A stretch of 63,852 bases of DNA, counting the filler, from Lenisia limosa (lineage: Eukaryota; Protista; Breviatea): assembly GCA_001655205.1 (NCBI GenBank). It is 14 parts of 14 records of this genome, joined end to end, with 100 filler letters (N's around TTAATTAATTAA, not from the genome) between each part and the next. Parts side by side here need not be neighbours in the genome. Positions count along the whole stretch, not along the records: positions 8,942 to 21,249 come from LPNZ01010915.1; positions 21,350 to 23,289 come from LPNZ01001396.1; positions 23,390 to 24,739 come from LPNZ01005865.1; positions 24,840 to 26,418 come from LPNZ01008307.1; positions 26,519 to 32,362 come from LPNZ01011014.1; 9 more parts are not named here. One strand, 5' to 3'. The position numbers and the translations under genes are program-made. The stretch's first letter is position 1. Every line of letters begins with the position of its first letter. Shown here piece after piece: positions 13,001-26,719 of the stretch. The notes below the pieces were generated by a model. It did not search any database. It worked only from the letters and a program-made list of their open reading frames with translations, and was not told the origin of the DNA.

Positions 13001-16000
13001 ACATGTATATATGTTCAATAATATTTTGTCGTCGCTCTGTCACTGGGCAGTGTTGTCGTCTTGTGAATGCACTGGAATGCATGTATTTTGTTTGTCTTTA
13101 ACCGCTTTACTCATTCTGTAGTCTTCAACCTTCAAGCGCCTTTTTGGCACATGGTGCATTGCCGGCCTCTAGGGCTCACCTTATCTGACGAGGCCAATCA
13201 CTAAAACATTGTTTATTACATCAACCAAATATAAAATGAATTCCAAGATATTGTCCTTCACGTTGTCTTTGTTTTTTTATTCAACCTCTAGAGTGTCAAC
13301 AAAATCTTATGGCGGAAGGACCGTGCCTGCCCTGCCCAGCCGTGTTTTCTGAACTTAGTTTTCCAGCAGTGCAAAACGTAAGTGGCTTGGTTTCAAGGCA
13401 GAATAAAAGGAGAGCATTGTGGAGATTTGTTTACGACGTCAGAAGCTTTACTGTTTGCTGTAAAATTCTCCAAGAAAGTCTACTTTTAGTTGAATACGGA
13501 GCCTGCTTTTAATTGTTCTCCGCCTCATTTCATTTATAATTTTAATCCTCCTGTTCCAGTTGACATTCTCCAGGAAAGCTTTCTTGGATTCGTCAATGAA
13601 CTCTGCTGCGTATTGTTGTTTTATGTTTTTATATTAAATTTCACAAACTCAAGCTCCTCAAGTGTTTGTTTCTCGCTGAACATTTCTTGATCAGGTATAA
13701 AACAAATCGTAGAAGAAAGGGATGAAATCACATAGGAATGCATAAAATAATGAAAAACGGAAACTGATAGGGACACAAAAAAAGGGGGCGATTATTCGCA
13801 CTTGTTTATTGGGAGTGAAAAGTCTTTGATAACGTTGATTTGGAAAGAAAGTGCCGCTCATAAATCACAAATATAACCATATGATATCCAGTCACCTTGA
13901 ATTAGTGGTGAAAAATACACTTGCAGTGGAGGATGGCGGTGCAAGGAACTCGGCATTTGCTACTGCTTGACTAATGGCACTTTCAAGTCCTTCAATAACA
14001 CTGAAGTGTAACCTTAGCGGAATGGGAAGGATGACAAGTGTTATCAACAACCACCTACCTTGGAAGCAAATTCGACTTATCTTTCAACTCCGACTCAAGT
14101 GTTTTGAGCGTGTTTCCAGCCCTGTGACGTTAAACAGAATCGTTCACCGCCACAATGAAGCCCTGCCTACCCGCCCAGAGGGGTGGTTAGACCCTTGTCC
14201 ACTGCCCAAACTGCTGCAGACGCCGACGTCAGTAGCGACGCACCAACACTCGAAACTGTGGCGCAATGCCGCCATTGGCGCGCACAAGTGGCGTGGGCAA
14301 TGTGTCTTTCGTTTGGGGTCATCTTATCGACGGGCTCGGACTCCGGTGTGCGGGCGTCTTTATTGAGCTGTTTGGAGGACTTTTTGCGTTTCATGGGGGT
14401 GTCTGCAGGAAGAGAAGCCGAAATTTGAGTCGTTGTGAAAGCAGTTGCCTCGGATGCTTAAAGGGTAAAGAAAGACAAAGCAAAAGAAAAAGAAGTCAGT
14501 TGTGGGTGAGGCGTTAAGAACGAAAGCAGAGGATCATTCATACCTGTTTCAATAATTGACGAAAACAATGATGAAGTGGCAGTGGGAGTGGGCAAACAGA
14601 GAAGAGGACTTTCCTGGATGTGGTGAAAGGTAAAATGGGTTCAAAAAAGTAGTTCAAAAAGACCAATATATGTAATTTCAATTCAAAAAGCGTCCATTAA
14701 CCCTTCCCCCAACCGAAGGGAAAGGCATTGTCGCAGTCTCTGGCAAGCCGAAAATGTCAGCACCAAGAGTAACAAGTAAAGTGCCGGCTGCTGTCCGCAA
14801 CTGTACTAATTAGACGTGATTCGGCCTTTTTATAGATTGTGGATGAGTGTCTTTGAAAAATATATCATATAATATCGTATAAATTACTGCGAAAAGTCAA
14901 CTTTCTACAACTCCAAAAAGTTACAATGATAATCCCCCCACAGTGGCCGAAACTCCAGTAGCGGCCAGACGAGCGGCCTTGCCGACAGCTTCAAGGTTGG
15001 CCTGAGATATGAAGAGGTTTCAATTTCTCTCGAACATAATAAAATATTCAATAATTCTTGAAAGTTTATTCAAAATCTGGCTTCGGATAGATTCACACAA
15101 TATACCCGGCCTACATAAAGGGCGTCAGTGACGTTGCAGAATACTTCGGGTGCATTAGGCCGCAAAGCCTGGCCCGGGTTCATCAAGAGGGGCGGAGGAG
15201 TGGCTAACAAGGCCAGTACGGAGATAGCCTTCTCATTGACTAAACCGTGAGAAGAAATCAAGCGATTTGAAGAGTCTTTCGTGTACAAAGTCCCCTCAAC
15301 CTGGTAGGCTCAGCGATTGCCAGGCGCAGCATGCAGCTTTGACCAGAATGGTCCAGTTGTGAGTACTGATGTCACACCCAGCACTAAAACAGGTCAAATC
15401 ATTGTACTGATGTAGAGTTAGATCCTTGCTGGACGTTTCTTTCTATTAATTGAATAGGATGTTACAGTGTGATTTTCACCATAAAAACTACAGCGAAAAA
15501 GAATCATCAGATACACCTGCAGCCCTCTTGTATTACCTCAATTTGGCCATATTAGCCGACCCCAGGATGGAAGATGAGTAGAGCTGAGACAGAGCCTCGA
15601 GGCCGAATGACTGCGACCAGTCCTGATCAGTGGCTGGGGGGGGGGGGGTAAAACGAAGGNNNNNNNNNNNNNNNNNNNNNNNNNNNNNNNNNNNNNNNNN
15701 NNNNNNNNNNNNNNNNNNNNNNNNNNNNNNNNNNNNNNNNNNNNNNNNNNNNNNNNNNNNNNNNNNNNNNNNNNNNNNNNNNNNNNNNNNNNNNNNNNNN
15801 NNNNNNNNNNNNNNNNNNNNNNNNNNNTGGCCCATAGCGATGAGTAATAAGAAAACAGTCTGGTAAAATATAACAATTTTTGAGAATAACAGTTCATAAA
15901 CACATAATATAAGATCTACAGTATTTCTACCTAGATATAAGCCTTACCGGATAAGGCTCGTACAATGACATCCACAACAAAATCGGAATCTGTAAGGATG

Positions 16001-19000
16001 AGTGAAAAAAATAATAACTTTGTAGATGTACATGTAATGATCAAAATGGGCGAGAATCACAAAAAAACTCAACTGCAGAATCTCTCAATTTCCTAAAAAA
16101 TATCGTTCGTATTTTATAACTACCTCACCACTTTCCTTGTCAACCAGATGATGGAGGCTCTTGTTAAAAAGCTCCGTGTAGGCCATTTTGAGGGTTTCTG
16201 ACTCAGAGACCTGTACGCTCATTAATGACATTGGATCAAGTGACAATCAGCCATAAAAACAATTCTCCTCAATACAACCATAATAGTATGTTTGACCCTC
16301 CAACAGTAATTGCTGACAAGTTGAGTTCCTCACTACTGGGATTGAAGTCTTTTGTTGAGGTGTTGAAATGCGAACAAAGTAAGACTGAAATGTGCAGGGG
16401 AAGCTGACTCTGATAGAAGGTGAATCGAATAAATATTAAAAAATAATTGAAATATCGATATACTATTAGGAGTGAAAAAAAAAAAAAAGCAAAAGAGCTA
16501 TCAAACATTAAACTGTTTTATCTCACAAACCATAAGATGGGGTGAGTCCAAGACGTTAGCAAGGACTCTCAGATTGGACGTGAGAAGATTGATCAGAAAC
16601 GGTCTTGACGACGTAGTGAGATGCATCGGAAGGCCCCGGGGAGAGTATGAAGCAAGGGATTTAGTCAGCAGCTTGCACTCCGCGATTAACGTAACAATGT
16701 GACAAGGCGACTTTGAGAGGATACTACAGAATCACGTTGTTCCTGACTTGTTGGCAGTATATCCCTTCAACTAGCCCTAACTCTTTTACTGCAGAGATCC
16801 CCACCCACCTTCTAACAATGCCCTCTATTCAATCATTAATATCGCCCTTCCTTCTGATGTAAAACATATTTATTTATTTATGATAGGCCCCAAACCTTGA
16901 AACTGCTCGAACGCCGCATTCAGCTGAAATAGTTAGACCCCAAAAGAGATTTCACTAGAACTCAAGGTGAAGTTTATTAAAATACAAAATAAATAATTGT
17001 TGTCTTTCCAGAGACCCCCTCCCCCCTCGCCTCCCACCAATTTCCTTGTCTGCCGACCCTCTGATGATGGCCAAATCAGCTGGTATGGCATACATCATTT
17101 GGGCCCGATCCTGGGTGGGGTTAGCAAGAGCTATTACTTAGGCAAAGTAGGCACAGAAAGTGCCGATTGCACCTGATGGGTGTCGATTTTTTCAATAAGA
17201 AGCCTTATTAATCCCACCTCCTTCGTGCTTTGGATGAAAAGGAGGTCAAAGAACGTTTTCGCGCTACTAGGAGCGGAATGGCATTGTAAAGCCTGTATGG
17301 AGTAAGTCAGGTGGGAGGGTCAAAAGAAACGCTGGAGGAGTGAGCCAAATTCAATTCAAAAGAAAAAAATATAAATAAATATCTGTCATGCCACCCACCA
17401 AATCCACCAGTTTGGCCGCAGCCGCGAGGTTGGCCTTTGTGCATGTGAGGGCTGAGGCTTGGAACACCGGTCCAATAACCTACAGTGTCTAAGGCTGAAG
17501 GACTGTGGAGCTAAAGGTTACGTTTATAAAATTGCCATGTAGCCCAATTTTAATACTGACAAACCTCTGGCAAAAGATTTGTAGAAATGTGGAGTATTTT
17601 GGAAGTCACATGCGTCTACAATTTCATTAATTTGAAATAAATACATGAGAGTGTCATCTCGCTGAAGTAACCCACCACTCAAGTGTAATCAGAAGAGTGT
17701 TAAAAAGCTGATTGAATCCTCCGAAATAGAGCAGCTGAAGCCCTGATCATACCTCTGTTCCACTAATATGGGGGATTCGACTTGCAACAACAGTCAAGAC
17801 TTTCACGATGCCTAAATGGTGAAAGAAAGAAAAGACCTCCATAGGTTGAGCTTCACTTTCAATTCCAGAAGACAAGTTAAATATCGATATTTATCGACAA
17901 TTAAGTCTATTTTGGAACCAAACGTGAAGTTCAAGTAGGCACAGGTTAAAGGATTACATTGAGCTCTGTTCAAGATAGTCCCTATTTTAAAACAGAAAAA
18001 GCCGGGTGAACTATCGACATCCTTTACATATTGTTATCAAAAGACCCCCCCCACATACCCTTCATCAGGATTGGACGTCTGTTCTTCCCTCGAGCAGCCG
18101 AACGGCCGAGTTCACAGACCTTGATGAACTCCAGCGTCTCCATATCCACTACTCCCTCCATTGCCTCAAGCAGTGCTGCCGCCATTCTAGAGAGTTAACA
18201 ATCTGGATATGGTACAGTTGTGTTTTGGAGGGGATAAGTGCAGAGGACCGTATCAATATACACATGATAAGGTGAATGATAACAAGCCGCGTATCACAAT
18301 GCTCTCGCATACAGGAGCATTCTTGCCGTGGCGCTGACGGTAGCGCCCCTATCAATACTTGTGCCGCCCTCGAGAGACGCTTGGAGGCCCGCCATAGTCT
18401 TGATCAGAGCATTCTTCAGGGCATGGGTGAGTTTAACGGCAATTTGCCGCATTTCAGTCCACACTCCTTTTGTGGCTGTCAAAACCCCTGAAAAGGTAAT
18501 GAAGAAAAGAACATAAAAAAAAACAGAAATTTAAGTTGTTGTGATGTATTGATTAACCCATGATTTGAAATGCGAAAAATAGAGCTATACTTCGAATAAA
18601 AATGAGCGAATTTCTCGATAAATCCTCGGTATATTTCGATAGTTTACAGATCTTTTTCGCACCGGAGTGAAGCCCTTGGATATAATATCATATGATATGC
18701 AGAGATAAGTATTACAAACAAAAATGTTTTGAATAATGATTAGTCCACACCACCANNNNNNNNNNNNNNNNNNNNNNNNNNNNNNNNNNNNNNNNNNNNN
18801 NNNNNNNNNNNNNNNNNNNNNNNNNNNNNNNNNNNNNNNNNNNNNNNNNNNNNNNNNNNNNNNNNNNNNNNNNNNNNNNNNNNNNNNNNNCTACCCCCGC
18901 CACTTCCGCTGTCAGGTTGCTGACATGGCCCTCAAGTGTCACCGCAATCGCTTCCAGGATGCTCCCTACACGGGAAGATAATGGAAATGTATGAAATAAA

Positions 19001-20209
19001 AAGCTGCTTATTTGCAGCCTTTTATGTGAGCTAATAAAACCGAAAGAGGGTTCGGAAGAGATAAACCAAAATAAAAATACGAACCTAGGGGTTCGAAGTG
19101 GTTGAGGCCCTCAAGAGTTTCCTTGAAGCCCGACACCAACACAGCCATTGCCGGGATGATAATGGGGCTGTCTTTCAGAACTTCAATCGTCTGAAAAGTA
19201 TGATCAGTTCACAGTGATAGAAGGGAAATTCTGAAATATAGAGGGATATCCTTATTGAATGGACAATTCACAACAATATATTATGTATATATGATATACA
19301 TGTATAACGTCACTATTTTAAGCAAAACGAGGAAACGATTAGCTTATACATATCATCTCTTTGAAGATGACTCACTCCTACCGTTTGGTACGCCTTGAGA
19401 GTGAGCACAAGAAGCCCCACATCAGCTGAGGGTGCGGCCACTATGTCATCAACCGTCGTCTGTACCCACTCCACAAAGGGGCTAGGAGCGTCATGGTTAC
19501 AAGGAAATGGATATCAGTACAATCATTGATGAATTAGGGAAGAGCTGTCATTATATCCCCCTCCAAAGGGTATACATGTCATTATTAGTATCTCTTGTTT
19601 TTCAATCTCATCCAAACGGTGCATTTTGATCAAACATTTCTCACGCATCTCTTCAAACCTGAGGTTAGTGAGGCAGCAAACACAGACACCAAGACAGAAA
19701 CTAGCTGCTTTCTGCAGTACTGGGTCCCTGAGGAGTAAGGGGAGAACCCAAATTAAAAGTCATGCAAAACTTCGCTTGAGGGTTGTACTGCTTTGGGGAG
19801 GGTGATCGTTTCGAAGTAAACACAGTGATGGAATGAAAAGATCCCCTCTATAACAACGTAATTCATTTCTTTCCTTGAAATGTAATGTTGCATAAAAAAA
19901 AAAAACAACGCACGCCAAAACAACTCCTGTTTTCTCCACATACTGTACTTTAAAAATCTGCGAAAGCGCCGTGAAAAGATGGCCTGGAGCCTGCTGGATC
20001 TGCGAAACAACAGAGGCGATCACGTCATTCGGTAAAGGGACAACCGGTGACTTGGACAGGCTGAACTTGACATGTGTAAATGTGGCCTCCTGAAGACGGA
20101 GGCTTGTGTACACAGTCTCTGTCAACGTCAGGAGGGAGTTGATTCGATGTGGGAGTGGTGTTTTTGGGTTGATTGCAAGGGAAATAATTTTCCCAAGGGG
20201 AGTGGTCAT
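10096..20209 (-). CDS. Large multi-exon alpha-helical (HEAT/ARM-like) protein, unidentified
   Basis: ATG at 20209 (MTTPLGKIISLAINPK...) and more than 20 Leu/Ala/Ser-rich GT-AG-bounded exons on the same strand. No diagnostic motif was recognised; it could be more than one gene. Confidence 0.55.
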
Positions 20210-20504
20210 TTTGGGACCACCAGGTCCTGGAATCCTATCTAAATTATTGCAATGATCTTCACTGTGTGATTTGCGAGTGGAAGGTAGAGAACTAGAGAAC
20301 TGTGGTTTCGATTTTCGAGGAGAGTATTCAATTCACGGTTTTATTCGAAACCGACAAAAAAACAGGGGAAAACTGGAACACTCTCTACCAATCGTAAATA
20401 GAGTGACGTACGTAAGATATACAGAAAGAGTTAATTAATTCAAGAAAAAAGAACCAGCAGTCTAATTTTTGTTTGTTTTCCGTTGTCCGATCAGCTTAAG
20501 CACA

Positions 20505-21249
20505 ATGTCAGACAACCCGTTTGATGCTCCTGTCAGGTTTGTGGTACTTAAGCAAGATACAGTTGACTTTCCAGAGATGACAACCCTTTTTCAAACCCGC
20601 AAGAAACTGAAGCAGATAATCCTTTCTCCGTTAGCTTTCCTCCTTTTTAAATCCTTATTAACAAACTTAGAACCCTCCTGTCCAAGCTGAAGAGGTGAAG
20701 GTGAGTCCCTGGTTCCTCGATTTGTACTACTCTCCTCGTAGTTGTATACAAATTGGCAGCTTGTTAGGTTAATGGCCCTTTTGGTATTATACTTTTGTTT
20801 TGTAAGATCATTTAAAGAGTGTGTTTTGATGATGACACGCCTTCTATCTCACGACACAGCCTCAGGTAGACCCTACTCCTGAAGCCACCCCTGGGACATA
20901 CACTCCCCCTACTGGTATGGAAAGGGGTTCCGCACTATCTTGCGTTTTTAAGTTCTCAATGAAAAATGTTTTCTTATTTAATTCGAAATGCTGCAACCAG
21001 CCCCGCTGTCTTCCTTTACACCTCCTTTCTATTAATTTTGACAATATTATTTGCATTTTTTTTAGTTTTTTGTCGAAAAAACCACTCATATAGTAATACT
21101 ATATCCTAATGCTTTAGCGACAGAATGCTGTTGAGCTTCGCCTTTGTGTATTTTACCTTTTGGCTTGTGCTTTTATTGTTTTTAATTACGCCACCACAAA
21201 AGCACTATTAAACATCCTAATTCTCCTCGCTACCCATACCTTTATCCCC
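20505..21249 (+). CDS. 5' exons of an NPF-motif protein (possibly SCAMP-like), partial
   Basis: Spliced MSDNPFDAP|NPPVQAEEVK|PQVDPTPEATPGTYTPPT; head-to-head with the 20209 gene; cut by the scaffold end. Confidence 0.4.
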
Positions 21250-21404
21250 NNNNNNNNNNNNNNNNNNNNNNNNNNNNNNNNNNNNNNNNNNNNTTAATTA
21301 ATTAANNNNNNNNNNNNNNNNNNNNNNNNNNNNNNNNNNNNNNNNNNNNTTCTATTCCACACAACCTTTAACATATTTCAAATGCAGTTACACTATAATC
21401 CCTA

Positions 21405-22357
21405 ACAGGACATACCCTAATCCGACAGGGGAGGTATTGGCGGTATAGAGAGTATCAACTTGTAACTTTGAGCTTTTCGCCAACTGATCAATTTCGTGAA
21501 GAAGCTGCTTAAGAGGTGCTCCAACCCAAGCTAAAGGGGTAATGTAAGATGTAGGTTGAGAACTAATCCGATGTAGCAGCCATTATAAAGGATGTTGAAT
21601 GATGTGTAATCTTAACACTAAATCTATTTCGATACAAAAATTCGATAACTTTTCTCCGTAAATCCCAAAATCAGTTCAATTAGCCTCGTTTAACACCTTT
21701 TCTTGAGACAAGTCGTCGAACTTGTTCGGTTCCAACATTTCTAACCTAGTGCCTAGTAGTCTGACCAGCATACTCTGACAGACGGTTCCCTTCCACCCCA
21801 GTGGACATGTACAGACTGAGCAGTCAGCGGAAGGTGTTCCGCTGTGCTGGCATTTGTTGGTGCATCCTACACTGATCAGAAGCTGCAAACAAACCAGCAA
21901 ACAAAAACTCACAACCAACCGATGTTAAACCAAACTAATCATTAATCACAGAGTTGAAAGGCATGATTGGGTGAATTAATATGATACTATAATCCAATAT
22001 CTCTAATAAGCATGATGGTGTGGACGGCTTCGGACAGATACAACCTTGTTAATAAAAATCATCAATCAAACCATTGCTCCTACCAGAAACATGGTTAATT
22101 GTCCGCCCTTTACCACCCAGAGTACAATAATTAGCTTACAAAAAGATAAAAAAAAACTCACCAAAAACAGCGAGAGGGGCGAAGAGGACTAGGAGGAGGC
22201 AGAGAACTGTAAGGGTCAAAGGAAAAGCCCAGTGGAATAGTAATACCTTTTATACCCCTAGAACTAACCTCGCCTCCTAAAAAAGGAGTTTTGCATTCTG
22301 CAACAAAGCACCAAAGCACCAAAGCAAGAGCCGAAAGCAGAAAGGCCTCACCCGAGG
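21405..22357 (-). CDS. Secreted EGF-like domain protein, partial
   Basis: Signal-peptide-like exon LCLLLVLFAPLAVF; EGF exon CTNKCQHSGTPSADCSVCTCPLGWKGTVCQ; the start codon was not located. Confidence 0.7.
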
Positions 22358-23389
22358 CTGAGAAAGTGGATCTATCTGTTCACGTTTTGCTTTACCCTGT
22401 TTACCCCTTCTTTTAGTGTTATGGTTTTAAATCACACAACACACAGCCAAGCACAAAAGAGAAATGAAACTTTTCCCCGTATTTTTATCGGGTACAAAAA
22501 CGTTAAGAAGCTTCCATGAAGGGCCCGGCTCTGGGAATACCTTATGTACAAATTATGATTTGTTGCTTGTTCTTCAATCAACAGAATCAATGTATTAAGG
22601 AAGTTAAGAAATGGGCTCTTGATGGTCATCATCATCACCATCACAATCATGTATTCTTTTCCAAGAATCATTTGAGAATCATAGTTCAAATACAAAACAA
22701 CTTCAAAAAAACATTTCAAAGTTTGATTTTTTTCAAACCTTCGTTTACAAAACTTTTCAAAGTTAAGATTAATGTCGGAACTTGTATTTTTTTTTTTCTT
22801 CTCAAAATTTTCAAAGCGAGTAGCAACCCCAGCAACCCATCAAAGTGTAAACTGTGAAAATTTTAGAATTGTCAACTTTGAACAACTTTGATAACAGCAA
22901 CAGCTCTGGTTTTCACCCCTTCAGCTCCGCCTATTCAACTGTGTATGGACTCATCGCGGACAGTTTTATCCTGAAACAGTATATGTAGAGATGAGATTTA
23001 AACAAGCTAGATTCCCAATAAATAAAAGCTACATAAAAACCTTAACCATATACAATAATCAAACTAATCTAAAACGAGGTCCTTTAGTCCAAACTAAAAA
23101 GGGGAACTGTATTCCGCCTCACACTGCAAGGCCATATTCTGAAGCAATTAATTTAGGGAATAGCTGCCCCTACCAAAATTTCTAATACAAATTTGGAACA
23201 GGATTATTAACCACGCTAATATTAAATAGAGCACTGTTTTAAAATTACCCCTCTCCCACTTCATGTCCAAGACTTTCCGCTTACCCCTCNNNNNNNNNNN
23301 NNNNNNNNNNNNNNNNNNNNNNNNNNNNNNNNNTTAATTAATTAANNNNNNNNNNNNNNNNNNNNNNNNNNNNNNNNNNNNNNNNNNNN

Positions 23390-24670
23390 CGCAGAGCTCA
23401 GACCGCCGCCACCGCTCTCCTCTCAGAAGAGGAAATGCTCCGTGAGTACCACCAGACTAAAAAGTCGAAACACTTCCTCAGCCGTGAGAGGGGTGTACAT
23501 ATCATATAAATATAACATTTCCTGAGCCATCTATACCACGTTTAAGATATATTAAGTTATATAGTATGTATGATTAAATCCTTTATCGATAACTGCCACT
23601 ATTTTTCACAGTAATAGGAACATTAGTTGCTTCGTTAGGATGTACTGGCCAGTTATCTCACAGTTTAATATCTTCCTCTCATCTTCAGCCAGATACTACT
23701 TTTTTTTATTTACAATTCTTTCATTTCTATCGTATTTCCACATAATACCCACTCACATGTTTAGTATTCAAAATCCTCATCCCAAGCTTCTTCCTGTTCC
23801 TTTCCATCTATTTCTTCGCATCTGAGGTTTGAGGGGGGGGGGNNNNNNNNNNNNNNNNNNNNNNNNNNNNNNNNNNNNNNNNNNNNNNNNNNNNNNNNNN
23901 NNNNNNNNNNNNNNNNNNNNNNNNNNNNNNNNAATCTTGCCAGCTGAAAAGTTACCGCTTTTAGGATGAAGTTGAGGAAGAGGAAATGTACTTCGGTATT
24001 TCCGTTGATCAGCCTCAGGTGGGAAGGGGTTGTCTTTCTATAAACCGCATTATACTTCTTTGAAGCGTGATGGTGTGGACAGCTTCGGCTGGATACTATA
24101 ATCCAATATCTTTTATTAGCGTGATTGTGTGGATGGCTTCAGCCAGATACAAGTTTGTTATATCTCGTTGCTCTTTATGTATAAACCGCACCTTCATCCT
24201 CATCCCATCTCTCTATTCACCATTATAGTACTTTGCCTTCGACCTCCACGACCCCCATCACTTCATTCGCTACTACATCAGCCTTGCTGCCTGGGAGAAG
24301 CCCCTTTTCTCCGTTGGGAGGGGGGTATCTTGAGGCTGAATCTCGACTCTGTGTAATTTATTAAGAAATTAAATGACATAACCAACGATGAGCAGTATTA
24401 TCAATTATGAACAGTATTATCATTCAATTATGAGCAATATGACTAGGGCTTCACTTCAGTTAAAAAAAAAAAGACTGAATTTCTCAATAAACCCTCGAAA
24501 ATTATCGAGATTTCCCCAATATTTTTCGAACCGAACTGAAGCCCAAAATATACCCCACTTCAAAAAATGTGAAATACATTTCCCTGTATACTTCACGGAG
24601 TCGTGGTATATTGTTTATGATATAGGACGAAACTGACCCCCCATGCATCGCGGTCCAACTCTCCGCACTT
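23390..24670 (+). CDS. Internal exons of an unidentified protein
   Basis: GT-AG-bounded open segments QTAATALLSEEEML, DEVEEEEMYFGISVDQPQ, PHHFIRYYISLAAWEKPLFSVGRG and DETDPPCIAVQLSALTA. Confidence 0.45.
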
Positions 24671-24839
24671 ACCGCTGGTGAGGGGCATGGCATTGATCCT
24701 ATTTTTTTTTAAAAAAAAATTGTGGACATTTGTCTGATTNNNNNNNNNNNNNNNNNNNNNNNNNNNNNNNNNNNNNNNNNNNNTTAATTAATTAANNNNN
24801 NNNNNNNNNNNNNNNNNNNNNNNNNNNNNNNNNNNNNNN

Positions 24840-24926
24840 ATGTTTTATTATTACTGATGCCTCCGATGTTTTATTGATGCCTCCGATGTTTTATTATTAT
24901 TGATGCCTCCGATGTATTATTATTAT
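24840..24926 (+). repeat. Tandem repeat, about 3.5 copies of 20-26 bp
   Basis: Unit ATGTTTTATT(ATT)nGATGCCTCCG. Confidence 0.85.
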
Positions 24927-25069
24927 TGAATGGCCTATTTAGTTGTTTTAAATACTGCATAATATGATCTAACCCTTCGTAACTTGAGTGTTGTGGATTG
25001 ATGAAGTCTATTATTTTGATTATTGATTTCTGTTATAAGTGTTTATTTTTCGAAGAAATTAATCAGCTC

Positions 25070-26030
25070 TAGGAATTTCAAAGGAAGGAGAAGCACAACA
25101 AGCTGAGGTAAGCGTCCAAAACTACCTTGTTTTGTTTTCTTTTCGCTTATTATTCACGCCTTCTATCACAACGCAGTTTTACTTGGCCCCCTGTAATTAG
25201 TTGATAAATACCTTAGGTGTAACGCCTTTTTAGACCGTTTAACATTCTGTTACCAATTTCTTCAAAAAAAATGAATTGCGATGATTCACCCTCAGGCACC
25301 CGAAGCTCCAAAGCTCTTCTCTGAACTACACCCATTGGTCACGCCCAAAGGCCTTTCAAAGGTGAAAATGGCACTCAGGGAATATGTTTAAAACTGGTTT
25401 ATCAATGTATTATAGAGCTTCACTTTCAATTACAAAAAAGACTGAATTCTTGATAAAACCTTCAAAAAAATATGGATATTTTACCCATTTTTCGGAACCG
25501 TCTGTGCAGCTCTCATGTTTTAACCACACGACAACCAGTTTTTATTTCTAATGTCATATTACCACCATCTCTGTCACTCACCTTTATAATCACCATTCCA
25601 CAATAATTGCCGCCAATGCACCACCACAGTCATCATCATCATTAACAACAATCTTTATCACCACCACCTTTTTTCACCCCCCCCCCCCNNNNNNNNNNNN
25701 NNNNNNNNNNNNNNNNNNNNNNNNNNNNNNNNNNNNNNNNNNNNNNNNNNNNNNNNNNNNNNNNNNNNNNNCAACATCACAAACCTGATCCAGTACAGCG
25801 GAGACATCAGGAAGGTTTGTTGTGATATCAATGGGGCACAATTTAACTGTCCTCTTGAGAAAGCTGATATTTTATCTTTACACCTTCCTATTTTGGCTGT
25901 TGATATTCTCCTTTTACCTTCCTATTGATATTCTCTTTTTCTCCTTTTACCTTTCTTTTTAGGAAGCCGATGATTTGGAGTCACGGCTTGGAGGAGGGGC
26001 CAACTGGTCAAATTTAACATCGGGGTAGGC
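25070..26030 (+). CDS. Internal exons of an unidentified protein
   Basis: Short GT-AG-bounded segments such as EFQRKEKHNKL, APEAPKLFSELHPLVTPKGLSK and EADDLESRLGGGANWSNLTS. Confidence 0.35.
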
Positions 26031-26719
26031 CCCCACCCTACCTCCATTACTACCCATTTCTTAGTATCTCAGGCAGTGCTTTGCTTCTGAATATTCTGAC
26101 TTTCAGAAAACTACATTTATATATTGAAAAGACCTTCACGTTCGGTCCCAATGAACTATTGGATTGTCGATAAATCCATGATAAATAACAATATTTTGCA
26201 TGTCTTGTAAAACTGAAAGTGAAGCTCTCTTATTGACGCATTAGATCTAAAACGGACACACGAGTTGTGGCACACAGCACTCTCAGAAACAGAGACAAAG
26301 ACGTTCGAGGTGGGGGGTAAGAAATAAAAGAATAAACGTATGCAGAAAAAAATATGTTGGAGGAACGATGCAGAAATAAGTAATATATTGAAACATATCA
26401 TATTCGTAGTTATTTCCCNNNNNNNNNNNNNNNNNNNNNNNNNNNNNNNNNNNNNNNNNNNNTTAATTAATTAANNNNNNNNNNNNNNNNNNNNNNNNNN
26501 NNNNNNNNNNNNNNNNNNTCCAACACCTTCACGCTTAGTCAGATAATTATTAGCCATAATATGTAGAGAAATAATAATTAGTATATTACCATCCTATACA
26601 AAGGAATGGAGAGTATGATGCTATTTCACCCAATCAATTGTACAACTCTGTACAATAATAATAAGCGACCAAACAATAAAACGTAGTTTTCGGTTCCAAA
26701 ATTGCCCTCCTTGCTCACG

